This document shows positions 19,638 through 28,838 of a stretch of DNA of 47,650 nt, one piece after another (position 1 is the stretch's first letter; each line of letters begins with the position of its first letter). This DNA comes from a virus (Duplodnaviria > Heunggongvirae > Uroviricota > Caudoviricetes). The position numbers were made by a program, and so were the translations under genes. The DNA lies in IMG/VR virus record IMGVR_UViG_2541047798_000009. The stretch is one strand, 5' to 3'. The notes under the pieces are model-generated. The model was not told the origin of the DNA and made no database searches. It saw only the letters and a program-made list of their open reading frames with translations.

Positions 19638-21575
19638 TCAGCCGCCGGACGCAGTTCCGTAGTTCACACCGGTGATCACCGCCACTGCCGCGGTACGGCG
19701 ACGACGCCAGTTGATCCAGCGCTCCGCACGGATGGCCACGCTGCCGGTCTGGAACATGGAGACCAGCTCCACCGGTGACGGTGTGCTGCTGTCGCTGGTC
19801 GGTTCAGACTGCATCTCCAGTGACGCTTCACGGGACATATCCACCGCCACACCGCCGTCATCAGCCAGATAAATATCCGGCGCATTCACCAGCACCAGCT
19901 GGTCACCCACGTACTGGGAGACAATCACCGGCAGGCCCTGGAAGGTGCCGCCAAGCAGGGTCATGTCCGGATATTCCTTCTGACCCAGCGCATTTTTACG
20001 CATGGACAGCGCCAGGGCATTTGTGCTGGACATCAGCCAGACCGCACCGGTGGGCTGCAGGTTTGCTGCCACAAACTGACCAAACGCGGCTTCCGCATCC
20101 GTATCCGGGTTACCGGTTGATGCCGTGCCCTTCACATCATGGGTGATGGACGCAGGGGAAACATCGGCCACCGCCGCTTTTTTCGGGTCCACAAAGTCTG
20201 TGTCCAGACGCGCCACCACCGCTTCCGCCAGTGCATTACGGACCAGCGCATCGGCGGCAGGACTGGAAAAACGGATCAGCTCTTCCGTCAGTACCGCAAT
20301 AGCCGCCACCTTCGCATGACTGAAGGTGATGGATTCAAAATCAAACTTCGTCAGGGGTCTGGCCTTACCCTGCCCCACCCAGCCGGCAGCACCACCGGAC
20401 ACCTGGGCATGCACGCGAATATTGAACGGCACCTGACGAAGTGCCGGGATCCCGCCATGACCAAATCGCCCGATAATGGTCTGCGGACGCAGATAATCAA
20501 TAAAGTCCTGCGCATATTCCTGATATTCAGACAGGCTGCCTGCCCACTGTGGGTCCGTGGTGGTCCCTGCCCCCACCGCCGACTTCAGGACATGATGCAG
20601 ACGGCTGTCATCCGGATACTGACGACGGGCCACTTCCAGGGCTTCAGAGCGGACACCTTTAGCCGCGGCCAGTGATTTGGCAAAGCGGGCGAAACCAATC
20701 CCCTTCTCCAGTTTCTGCTCAACACGGATCACCGGCGCTGAAGCCACCGTGGCCACATTCCCGTTACCGGCCTGTTTCACCGGCTGTGCCGTGGCGGCCT
20801 TACTGGTTTCCAGTTCACGCAGACGCTTCAGGTGCGCATCCACCTGACGGATTTCCGCTGCGGTGTTGTCGTAGTGCTCTTCCTCTTCCACATCCAGTGT
20901 GCGGCCTTCCTCTGCGGCTTTGGTCATGACCTCCTCAAGGGAGGCTGCCAGCGCCGCACGCTTGTTTTCAAAACTTTTAATCTGTTCGCCAATATTCATT
21001 ATGGTCTTTTCCTTATGAAAAACGGTTGTTGACTGTGCCGCAGCGCCGGCAGAAGATGCGATTTTCACCACCGGTTTCCGGTTGCCGGACGCGGCAGAAA
21101 ACGGGCGGTCGTAAGATTTAATGGTCCGGATGGTGCATTCCGCATTCGCGGGCACGGTGACGGCAGACACCTCCATCAGTTCCCAGCGCAGAAAATGCAG
21201 TCCGCCTCCGTCCAGAAAGGTGTATTCATGGGGACGGAAGCCCACGGACAGCCCCCTGACCAGCCCGGTCTTAATGGCCGCCCAGACCTCATCCAGCCGG
21301 GCAGCCAGTTGCGACGGCATATCCGGTACGGGCTTCACCAGTGTTGCCGTGATTTCCAGCCCTTCGCTGACCCGGCGCACCGTACACTGGCCTACAGGGC
21401 GGGAATGGTCATGCTGCCAGAGAAACGGGATCGTACTGCCAAACTCCGCCCCCTCCGGCTCCAGGATGTCACCATCCCGATCCGGAGAAGGCGTTGACGC
21501 AATCCCGGTGATCACCCGTTCATCCTCACTGAAGGATTTCACCGTCAGCAGGGAACAGGCCCGTTTAAGAGTCAC
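19638..21575 (-). CDS. Prohead protease (HK97 S78-like) fused to HK97-family major capsid protein (645 aa, GTG start)
   Basis: N-terminal 160 aa carry protease motifs (GIASTPSPDRDGDILEPGAF, PFLWQHD, EVSAVTVPAN); then coiled-coil delta-like region and capsid body; AGGAGG RBS 5 nt before GTG. Confidence 0.85.
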   Translation of the reverse strand: MTLKRACSLLTVKSFSEDERVITGIASTPSPDRDGDILEPEGAEFGSTIPFLWQHDHSRPVGQCTVRRVSEGLEITATLVKPVPDMPSQLAARLDEVWAAIKTGLVRGLSVGFRPHEYTFLDGGGLHFLRWELMEVSAVTVPANAECTIRTIKSYDRPFSAASGNRKPVVKIASSAGAAAQSTTVFHKEKTIMNIGEQIKSFENKRAALAASLEEVMTKAAEEGRTLDVEEEEHYDNTAAEIRQVDAHLKRLRELETSKAATAQPVKQAGNGNVATVASAPVIRVEQKLEKGIGFARFAKSLAAAKGVRSEALEVARRQYPDDSRLHHVLKSAVGAGTTTDPQWAGSLSEYQEYAQDFIDYLRPQTIIGRFGHGGIPALRQVPFNIRVHAQVSGGAAGWVGQGKARPLTKFDFESITFSHAKVAAIAVLTEELIRFSSPAADALVRNALAEAVVARLDTDFVDPKKAAVADVSPASITHDVKGTASTGNPDTDAEAAFGQFVAANLQPTGAVWLMSSTNALALSMRKNALGQKEYPDMTLLGGTFQGLPVIVSQYVGDQLVLVNAPDIYLADDGGVAVDMSREASLEMQSEPTSDSSTPSPVELVSMFQTGSVAIRAERWINWRRRRTAAVAVITGVNYGTASGG

Positions 21576-21638
21576 ATCAGCCTCCTGAAAATAAAAAAAC
21601 CGCCGGAGCGGTTCGTGATGGTTACAGTGTGAACAGGG

Positions 21639-23300
21639 TTATATGAAAAAAACCGCATATTCTTTCTTTTTCGGTTCCGGGTTAAGGGACATCAGGGAGA
21701 CCGCATTGAACAGCGCCATCAGCGGGTCAATTTTTCCCCGTCCACTGGCCTGTTTGGTGATAAGAATGGCGTTACCTTTAGGCTCCACCCGGGCATTGCC
21801 GACACACCAGGCCATCAGGGGCTGGTCACCATGCACCAGCACCCCTTCAGCCAGTTTGCGCTCGGTGGTTTTAATGGCCCCGCCCAGTTTCCAGCCCTGG
21901 CTTATCCCCACCACAATTCCGTCGGGGATCCCGGCTTCCGCCAGTGAATCCAGAATCTGCCCCACCCCTGACGGGTCAATACCGATATGGTCCAGTAACT
22001 CAGCCTCATGAATGCGACGCACATATTCCGCCACTTCCGCCGTGTCATCCCCGACACGCCGGACAATGGTCATATCTCCACAGGCAACAAGATCCTGAAA
22101 CCGGGACGCCTCGCTCTTCCGTCGGACCACCGCGGTTTCATGCGCCCAGGCATGGCCCCAGCCCAGCCATTCGCGGGTCTCCCGGTCACGCCCAATCACA
22201 TACATCCCCAGCAGATCATCCAGCCCTCCGCCGTCAATCCCCACCGTCACCACATCAGCACGACGCAGGATATCGTCCAGGCTGATACAACGGCCCTGCT
22301 CTTCCCAGAAATCAGCCCCCGCCCAGCGGTCAGAGCGCAGGGCAAGACCAATTTCCACATTGGCGTGTTTTGACATGAACCCCCGGAATGTCTCTTCACC
22401 GGCTTCCCGGGCTTTACGGTACTCCCGGTACAGAAAGGCCTCATCCACTGAATAGCCGAGATTCGGATTGACCATGGCGAGGTTTTCCATCAGCAGGTGA
22501 GCCCCGCTTTCCACCATTTCAGGAGGGTGTTCAAATATCACCGGCAGAAAGTGCGGATCATTAATTTTGCCGTCGCGCACATCCCGGGCGTACTGCAGTT
22601 TCTGTCTGAACACCCCGGCTGGCTGTTCATTCGACTGGGTGGTCGTATACACCACAAACCCTTCCGGGCGGGAGGCAAGCCCGCCGATGGATTCACGTAA
22701 CATGTCCTCCGCCTTGTACTGCTTGCCAAACAGCCACAACTCATCAATCAGCGTCCCCACGGACTTGATACCGGACACCGTATTCGGATCGGCTGCCACC
22801 ACCTTCAGGGTGGTGTCCGTCACCCGGTGGGTGATGGTCCGGATATGTGTCTGCACCTGACAGAGGTCATCCAGATCATCGTCCCGTCGTACCATATCCC
22901 TGGCAGGATTGAAGGCGTTGGCTGCCACCTCCACAGTCGGGGCCAGAATCGTGTAACCCGCCGCCTGCCGCCAGTTCAGTAACAGCGCCGTCATCATGAT
23001 CCCGGCGGCCAGTGTGGACTTGCTGTTTTTTTTGGGTATCAGAATGAACACTTCCTTGATATGGCGGACACCGGTCTGCGCATCGTAGGAGCCAAACAGA
23101 GCCGCCACCAGGTCAAACACCCACTGTGCACAGGACTCCCCGAACGTCGGGCTACCCGGTGCATCCACAATCCGCAGTTGTTTAAAAATAGCCAGGGCAT
23201 GTGCGGCCTGGTCCGGATAAATCGGAGCCGGAATAATCGACAGCCCCTTTTTCAGGCGCTCTGCCCAGTCCGGGCAGGCCGTGCTCCATACAGGTATCAT
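21639..23300 (-). CDS. Terminase large subunit (553 aa)
   Basis: Walker-A-like FILIPKKNSKST, size and position after the small subunit. Confidence 0.9.
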   Translation of the reverse strand: MIPVWSTACPDWAERLKKGLSIIPAPIYPDQAAHALAIFKQLRIVDAPGSPTFGESCAQWVFDLVAALFGSYDAQTGVRHIKEVFILIPKKNSKSTLAAGIMMTALLLNWRQAAGYTILAPTVEVAANAFNPARDMVRRDDDLDDLCQVQTHIRTITHRVTDTTLKVVAADPNTVSGIKSVGTLIDELWLFGKQYKAEDMLRESIGGLASRPEGFVVYTTTQSNEQPAGVFRQKLQYARDVRDGKINDPHFLPVIFEHPPEMVESGAHLLMENLAMVNPNLGYSVDEAFLYREYRKAREAGEETFRGFMSKHANVEIGLALRSDRWAGADFWEEQGRCISLDDILRRADVVTVGIDGGGLDDLLGMYVIGRDRETREWLGWGHAWAHETAVVRRKSEASRFQDLVACGDMTIVRRVGDDTAEVAEYVRRIHEAELLDHIGIDPSGVGQILDSLAEAGIPDGIVVGISQGWKLGGAIKTTERKLAEGVLVHGDQPLMAWCVGNARVEPKGNAILITKQASGRGKIDPLMALFNAVSLMSLNPEPKKKEYAVFFI

Positions 23301-23860
23301 CCGTTGCCCTCATTATCGTTATTCACCACCAGTCGTGGTGGTGGTGGTACCGCAAAACGGTTAGCCGCTTTTTTCGCGGCATCACCTTTTGCCGATTTTT
23401 TACCGGCATCGCCTTTTTTATGGTGTGTGAACTGCGCCAGTCGCCAGGCCGCATCCAGTGCCAGTTTCGGATCAATGCTGAGGTTTTCCACCAGGATCTG
23501 CCCCATAGCTTTCACCGGATCGGGAAGACCATCCTCCATATATTCAATACCATGAGACATCACCGCGGGCGGTGGCATCTCCGGATTGTTTTCGTCCGGC
23601 TGTGGTATTGCAGCCGCCTCACGGCGACGGGGTTTATCCTCCTGCTCTGATTTTTTCTGCCGGTAAACAGGAACCTCATCCACCTCCACCGTTTCGCACT
23701 GTTTACGGGCTATAAACGCGAGCACCTCCGGATCTTTTGCCAGCTGCGAGCCTTTAACCCTGGCGGTCTTCGCCGAATAACCGGCGGCAATGGCTGACGC
23801 TGTTTTGTTTTTCCCGGACATGAGCGCCAGCGCAAATTTTCGTTTTTGCGTTTTCAGCAC
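23297..23860 (-). CDS. Terminase small subunit (187 aa)
   Basis: N-terminal HTH-like KTASAIAAGYSAKTARVKGSQL typical of P27-family small terminases; coupled to the large subunit (4-nt overlap). Confidence 0.75.
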   Translation of the reverse strand: MLKTQKRKFALALMSGKNKTASAIAAGYSAKTARVKGSQLAKDPEVLAFIARKQCETVEVDEVPVYRQKKSEQEDKPRRREAAAIPQPDENNPEMPPPAVMSHGIEYMEDGLPDPVKAMGQILVENLSIDPKLALDAAWRLAQFTHHKKGDAGKKSAKGDAAKKAANRFAVPPPPRLVVNNDNEGNG

Positions 23861-23929
23861 AGCCTCCTCCCGGGTCCAGAACGCACTCAGCCGGGTATGG
23901 TTCAGCCCATTTTTCCCGGCGTCTCATGC

Positions 23930-24062
23930 CGCAAATGTTAACTGCTGCCTGGTTAACATTTTCTGAAAAAGCCAGTTAACATTTTTTTCGCACAACAAAC
24001 TGAATAATAAAGATAAAAACCGCAAAAATGCCCGGGCAGCCAGTTAACATGTTAACTGCCCT
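23930..24062. promoter_or_regulatory. Candidate cos / terminase recognition region with five copies of CAGTTAACAT in both orientations
   Basis: ATGTTAACTG, GGTTAACAT, CAGTTAACAT and an 18-bp perfect palindrome CAGTTAACATGTTAACTG in the 290-bp gap between the HNH and small terminase genes. Confidence 0.5.
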
Positions 24063-24149
24063 GAAACGGGAATTTTTTCTCTGCGTGAGAGGGGGCGCGG
24101 TGTCCAAAGCGATCGTTTTTTACGCCGGATGATACCCCCCCGGGTCGGG

Positions 24150-24515
24150 TTACAGTCCGATGATGTCGTCCGCTCTGCCACTACCTCCGGACACCTCCGG
24201 CAGCGTCGGGTCCGGCATACCACCCGCCGCTTCACGAGCAGACTTTTGTCGATGGCATTCGGTACAGAGCGTCCAGAGATTCGTCTCCTCATTACCACCA
24301 CCGAACTGAAGTGCAATTCGGTGATCAAGTTCACTGTCACAGAGGTCAACCACACGACCACAGATACAGCACTGCCCGGCGTCCCTGAGCCAGATATGAC
24401 GCTTGAGGGAAACACGTGCACTGCCACTGACACGACGCTGCTCCCCCTTCAGAATATTCACCCGTCGGGTATTCAGTGTTTTGATTCTGCTCTGGAGTGT
24501 ACGAAGCTGAGCCAT
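24150..24515 (-). CDS. HNH endonuclease (121 aa)
   Basis: HNH motif ...CCICGRVVDLCDSELDHRIALQFGGGNEETNLWTLCTECHRQK; sits next to cos and terminase as in HK97-like phages. Confidence 0.85.
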   Translation of the reverse strand: MAQLRTLQSRIKTLNTRRVNILKGEQRRVSGSARVSLKRHIWLRDAGQCCICGRVVDLCDSELDHRIALQFGGGNEETNLWTLCTECHRQKSAREAAGGMPDPTLPEVSGGSGRADDIIGL

Positions 24516-24556
24516 GTAAAATCCCCGTCATATGGCAATCAGTAAAGGAAATAAAT

Positions 24557-24748
24557 ATGTCATCGAAAAACCGGACCCGCAGAACCACAACCCGCAATAT
24601 CCGTTTCCCCAATCACATGATTGAACAGATCAACATCGCCCTTGAGCATAAAGGATCCGGTAACTTTTCAGCGTGGGTTATTGAAGCCTGCAGGAGAAGG
24701 CTGGCAACAGATGCAACGCATCTGTTGCCCGGCCAGCATGACAAATAA
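24557..24748 (+). CDS. YlcI-like small protein (DUF3950-type, 64 aa)
   Basis: MSSKNRTRRTTTRNIRFPNHMIEQINIALEHKGSGNFSAWVIEACRRRL resembles DLP12 YlcI as recalled from memory. Confidence 0.55.
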   Translation: MSSKNRTRRTTTRNIRFPNHMIEQINIALEHKGSGNFSAWVIEACRRRLATDATHLLPGQHDK

Positions 24749-24889
24749 CGAGAAATGAACGTTCGGTTACAGGAGCAGGTACCCACTGTCCTCCAACAAT
24801 ATTTCATCTTCATATCCGACGGAACAAGACTTACCCTGCCGGGATGTACAGAATAACAACAGAGTGATAATTAATTTCTGATGAAATAA

Positions 24890-25231
24890 TCAGGGTGCAG
24901 AAGGACTAAAGATAAACGTTTTCTTCACGCCTTTACACGGCCTGTCCTTCTCAAATCGCCATTTTGCCATCGCCTTTACAACCTGCTCATCAAACAAATG
25001 GTGCGGCTCTGAACGGATAAACTCAATTCGGGTGACAGTACCATCAGCACCAATATCAAACTTCACATCAACCCGTCCCTTTATATAATTTGCCGCTGCA
25101 TAGGCCGGATATTGTGGTAATGCCTTAACCAACTGTCGGGGCATATCTGTTTTATGTTGCGTACAGCCCATAACCAGAGAAGACAACAAAATAATTAACG
25201 GAAGATTTCTTTTCATTTTCATTCCCGGCAC
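24890..25231 (-). CDS. Lipoprotein with TonB C-terminal-like domain (about 110 aa; likely start at 25216-25222)
   Basis: Lipobox LVMGC after a signal peptide; C-terminal YPAYAAANYIKGRVDVKFDIGADGTVTRIEFIRSEPHHLFDEQVVKAMAKWRF fits the TonB_C pattern. Confidence 0.6.
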   Translation of the reverse strand: MPGMKMKRNLPLIILLSSLVMGCTQHKTDMPRQLVKALPQYPAYAAANYIKGRVDVKFDIGADGTVTRIEFIRSEPHHLFDEQVVKAMAKWRFEKDRPCKGVKKTFIFSPSAP

Positions 25232-25554
25232 AGATAAGAATAAGTCTTATTCTAACAATGCCACCCTGTCGATCATTAATCCTCTGCTTAATGGCAACGA
25301 CAATTATCCGGCTTAAATCACAAATCAGACACATGACATAACAGGGCTTGCGAGGTAACACATCGTCCGGTTTCTTCCACCATCGCACCGGACCAGCGAC
25401 CATGAGGGGACAACGCCGCGCTCCGTTAACGCGGTAAACCCCGGTGTGTATCGTTTTTGATTATCCCCGCACACTCGCGCAGAGGAGTCTCCCTGTCGGG
25501 CTGCGGTCTCTGTTAATGCGGGGATACGGCGACAATACCGCGCATCAGCAAAAC

Positions 25555-26022
25555 TTATTTCAGGCACTGAGTGCGGATATATTCCTGCGCCACTTCCAGC
25601 TGCTTCTGCATCAGCATCAACCGCTCTCTGAGAGTGAAATAATCCCGTTCAGCGGTGTCTGCCAGTCGGGGGCCGGTTGCATTATCCACGCCGGAGGTGC
25701 CGGTGGCTTCACGCACGGTACCGGGGCAGGTGGCGTTGATCCGCAGGCGCTTACGACCAGCGGCAACATCAGCGCGCAGAGTTTCATTTTCAGCTCTCGC
25801 ATCGGCTAATTCCCTCGAGTATCTGGCATCAAGTGCAGCAACATCACGCTGGCGCTGCTGCATATCAGTAATGGTTGCATTTGCCAGCTCCAGCTCTCTG
25901 GCTTTTTTATCGCGCTGCGCTTTGTAAGTGATGGCGTTATCGCGGTAATGATTCAGCCCCAGACTAAGCGCACCACAGGCCACCAGCAGAGCAATGATGA
26001 CCACACACAGAACGCGGTTCAT
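25555..26022 (-). CDS. Rz: Rz i-spanin (155 aa)
   Basis: N-terminal TM segment then coiled-coil periplasmic domain; immediately after the endolysin; contains embedded Rz1. Confidence 0.85.
   Translation of the reverse strand: MNRVLCVVIIALLVACGALSLGLNHYRDNAITYKAQRDKKARELELANATITDMQQRQRDVAALDARYSRELADARAENETLRADVAAGRKRLRINATCPGTVREATGTSGVDNATGPRLADTAERDYFTLRERLMLMQKQLEVAQEYIRTQCLK
25617..25787 (-). CDS. Rz1: Rz1 o-spanin lipoprotein embedded in Rz in the +1 frame (about 56 aa)
   Basis: [17 protein letters not shown] lipobox followed by a proline-rich sequence, entirely inside Rz. Confidence 0.8.
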   Translation of the reverse strand: MKLCALMLPLVVSACGSTPPAPVPCVKPPAPPAWIMQPAPDWQTPLNGIISLSESG

Positions 26023-26358
26023 TTCACCACCAACGGATTGCCCAGATCAGAACAGCAATGGCTATAATACGAATGGCAAAGGCTGCCGCTCTTGTTAAAT
26101 CCAGACAGGCTGGCGTCTCCACTTCAATGCCTTTCATAATGGACAACCTCAGAAAGAATCTTTTATACTTCCTCACAGGGAAAGCACCTCCCTCACCATA
26201 ATTTCTCCCTTGCCTTACTCAAGGTCAGAAAACACAAAACCCCGCTTGCAGCCAACAAACGGGGTTTTTACTTTTATTCACTTAGTTTTTGTCAGTTCGC
26301 AGGATTTCGTGTTATCCGCCCGCGTGGTCATTCCTCATTTTTCAGCAAAATATTCTGC

Positions 26359-26892
26359 TTATCTGTCGATACCCCAGCACGCCAGCGCGCTCTCCTGGTC
26401 ACGACGGGATACCTGACCGTAACAGTTATTTGAGCGAATACGGCAGTCTCTGCCACCGTCCTTAATCCACCAGCGAATCGCTTCGCAGGCACCTTTTCGA
26501 TCACCTGCATTAATTCGTCTGTAAAACGTCGACGGGAAACACTTACCGGGACCAATGTTGTACGGACAGAATGACGCGATCCCCGCTTTCTGGGGTTCGG
26601 TCAGCGGCACTCTGATGTTTTTCTCCACCCACGCCAGCGCTTTATCACGCTCAATGGCGTTAACCTGGTCGCATTTTTCCTTCGACAACTTCATGCCCGG
26701 AACGACAGGTTTGCCATCCACCATGATGGCACCACGGCAGATGGTCCAGATACCTGCACCATCACGGTATGCCGTGGTGTGGTTGCCTTCCTTTTCATCC
26801 AGAAACTGGTCGAGAATGTCAGGCGCAGGCGCACCAGCGGCAATCAGCGCCAGAACGGCAGCCGACAGGCCGTATTTGATTTTGGTGTTCAT
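26359..26892 (-). CDS. R: SAR-type endolysin (phage lysozyme, 177 aa)
   Basis: Gly/Ala-rich weakly hydrophobic N-terminus (SAR-like) and lysozyme core resembling phage 21 R. Confidence 0.85.
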   Translation of the reverse strand: MNTKIKYGLSAAVLALIAAGAPAPDILDQFLDEKEGNHTTAYRDGAGIWTICRGAIMVDGKPVVPGMKLSKEKCDQVNAIERDKALAWVEKNIRVPLTEPQKAGIASFCPYNIGPGKCFPSTFYRRINAGDRKGACEAIRWWIKDGGRDCRIRSNNCYGQVSRRDQESALACWGIDR

Positions 26893-26928
26893 GGATATAT
26901 TAAATATTCAGCCGCTGTCCCTGGCCCA

Positions 26929-27414
26929 CTAAATACGCACTTTAAGATAAGTCAGCCCCGGATGAAGCCAGTAAGCCGGCACTTTTTTAAAGGGTGGAGT
27001 ATTAAAATCACGAAGAAGAGCCTCCCGCACAATTGCATCCTTATCAGCACCACTGGCCAGCGCTTCAATCTCAGCGGCTACCTGAAGATATCCCATGCAA
27101 CGGCCAACGCGCTTCATCAGCCCCTGCTTTTTATTGTTCTTCAGGTAATCAATGGCAAATTCAATGAGCTCCTCACTGTGCTGGTGCGATGGAGGTGTTA
27201 CTTTCCCATTTTCTGAGATGGTTATTTTCCCAGCATCACCGGATACAACAAAGGATGGCCGGTTACACTCCCATTCCAGCTCACTGAAATTATCATTATG
27301 AATACTGAAACACTCTGCGAGATTTCTGCTCATCACTTTCCGACAATAATCGTCAAACGCAGCAAACTGCTCATCGCGGCGTTTTTCTTCAGGCCGCTGA
27401 AGATGCTCTTTCAA
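26929..27414 (-). CDS. Hypothetical protein (161 aa) inside the lysis cassette
   Basis: ORF between holin and endolysin, tightly packed with neighbours; no recognisable domain. Confidence 0.5.
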   Translation of the reverse strand: MKEHLQRPEEKRRDEQFAAFDDYCRKVMSRNLAECFSIHNDNFSELEWECNRPSFVVSGDAGKITISENGKVTPPSHQHSEELIEFAIDYLKNNKKQGLMKRVGRCMGYLQVAAEIEALASGADKDAIVREALLRDFNTPPFKKVPAYWLHPGLTYLKVRI

Positions 27415-27428
27415 TCGTGAAGCGCAGC

Positions 27429-27920
27429 TTAGATGCCCGCGCGATCAAGAATAGCTTCTTTCATTTCATCTGCTGCAAGCACCTCATTTTTTGTTGGGGC
27501 GCTTTTTTTCAATTCAGCGATATAGCGCTCCAGTTTTTCAATACGTGATTCAACATCATCTTTTTCTGACCGCAGTGTTGACGGCGGCATCTTCAGAGCA
27601 TCAGTAATTCTTCCCGGTAGCTTTCCTTTGTAGGTTATCAACACATCCTGCGCCTCTAAAATTATGGGGCGCTTTTCCGGCAACGGTTCGTTCCCTTCAC
27701 ATAACCCGGCAGCAACATCCATGAAAAACTGCTTCGCCTGCTTTTTCGCCTCAGCTTCGTAAAACTCCAGCGTGGCACCTTCAGTACGGTCAAGACTAAT
27801 CGCCACATCTGGCAACAACAGCGACGGATACCCACCAATTTCCAGTACCACAGTAACAGTAACCTTATCCCCGTAATTATTTATCCCCTTAACAACCAGT
27901 TCATATTTTTTATTCATCAC
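27429..27920 (-). CDS. Hypothetical protein (163 aa) with C-terminal coiled coil, inside the lysis cassette
   Basis: Start codon abuts the holin stop (translational coupling); no signal peptide; no recognisable domain. Confidence 0.5.
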   Translation of the reverse strand: MMNKKYELVVKGINNYGDKVTVTVVLEIGGYPSLLLPDVAISLDRTEGATLEFYEAEAKKQAKQFFMDVAAGLCEGNEPLPEKRPIILEAQDVLITYKGKLPGRITDALKMPPSTLRSEKDDVESRIEKLERYIAELKKSAPTKNEVLAADEMKEAILDRAGI

Positions 27921-27921
27921 T

Positions 27922-28137
27922 TTACTCTCCCCGCGCCGCCTTACGCCGGTCCTCTTTGATTTTGAAATACAGGTTAGTCAGGTACGTCAGCAGCCCAAAC
28001 AGCAGACTCCCCAGCACGCCTATTGCCGCCCACTGAGACGGGGAAACCCTGTCCAGCAACTGCAGGAACCAGTAGCCCGTTCCCACCGCTGACGTGGTGT
28101 ATGACACACCTGTTGTGATTTTTTCCATCTGGTACAT
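27922..28137 (-). CDS. S: Pinholin (phage 21 S-like class II holin, dual-start motif MYQM)
   Basis: [71 protein letters not shown] is clearly homologous to S21 as recalled. Confidence 0.9.
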   Translation of the reverse strand: MYQMEKITTGVSYTTSAVGTGYWFLQLLDRVSPSQWAAIGVLGSLLFGLLTYLTNLYFKIKEDRRKAARGE

Positions 28138-28212
28138 ACCCCGTCTCCCGTTATCCGGAAGCTCACAACAACAAGTGGGGCATCAGCTCACACCGACACC
28201 CCCTGCGCATGG

Positions 28213-28482
28213 TTACATCATCATTTCGCCGTCAGGCTGAGGCTCTTCACTACCGTCAGGCTGAGACCCGACGCCATCTGAAACAGTACTGTCATCCGCA
28301 ATGCCTTCCGGCTCCGGAACCGCTGGTACGCCCAGCAGCTCATCCAGAATGGCATCCACTTCTGCATCAAGACGCGCCTCAAGGTTCTGGCGGAGTTTCT
28401 GTTTCAGTGCGCTCAGGACTTCTTCAGAGCGCAGGACTTCCTTCACTGCCTCAGCAGTGACCAGGGATGTGATTTCTGACAT
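28213..28482 (-). CDS. Hypothetical acidic protein (about 89 aa from MSEITSLV...)
   Basis: ORF upstream of holin; the start is chosen to avoid overlap with the next ORF. Confidence 0.4.
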   Translation of the reverse strand: MSEITSLVTAEAVKEVLRSEEVLSALKQKLRQNLEARLDAEVDAILDELLGVPAVPEPEGIADDSTVSDGVGSQPDGSEEPQPDGEMMM

Positions 28483-28519
28483 GGGATTTTCTCGTTGAAA
28501 GGTGTTGTCAAGAAAGTGA

Positions 28520-28702
28520 CTACGGAATGAGCGGATCTTCGGGTTTGCTTCCGGCTGACTGACTGGCGCTGATTCTCTCAGCGGCCCTTTTATCAATCTG
28601 CCTGCGCCAGAAATCGCGCACTGCCCTGTACCCACCCGAAAGAAGATACATAACACAGACTGCCGTACAGAAGTACAGCATCACCTGATGAATAAATGTC
28701 AT
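28520..28702 (-). CDS. Hypothetical small membrane protein (60 aa)
   Basis: Single hydrophobic helix LYFCTAVCVMYLLSGG; between the esterase gene and holin. Confidence 0.4.
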   Translation of the reverse strand: MTFIHQVMLYFCTAVCVMYLLSGGYRAVRDFWRRQIDKRAAERISASQSAGSKPEDPLIP

Positions 28703-28838
28703 AATTTCTTACCGTTATGGTTGACAATGAGAACTGTTTTCATTTAAAAAACCGATATACGAAAGCATCTTTTCTTTACATTCTCCATTGGGATTACCTC
28801 CGCCAGCTTCCATTCCTGCCGCTGGCGGCCTTTTTTTA

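Noticed and set aside
23930-24062. Possible CRISPR array suggested by short repeats
   Set aside because: Repeats are only 10 bp, occur in both orientations, have no regular spacers, and no cas genes are nearby; a packaging or binding-site array is the better fit.
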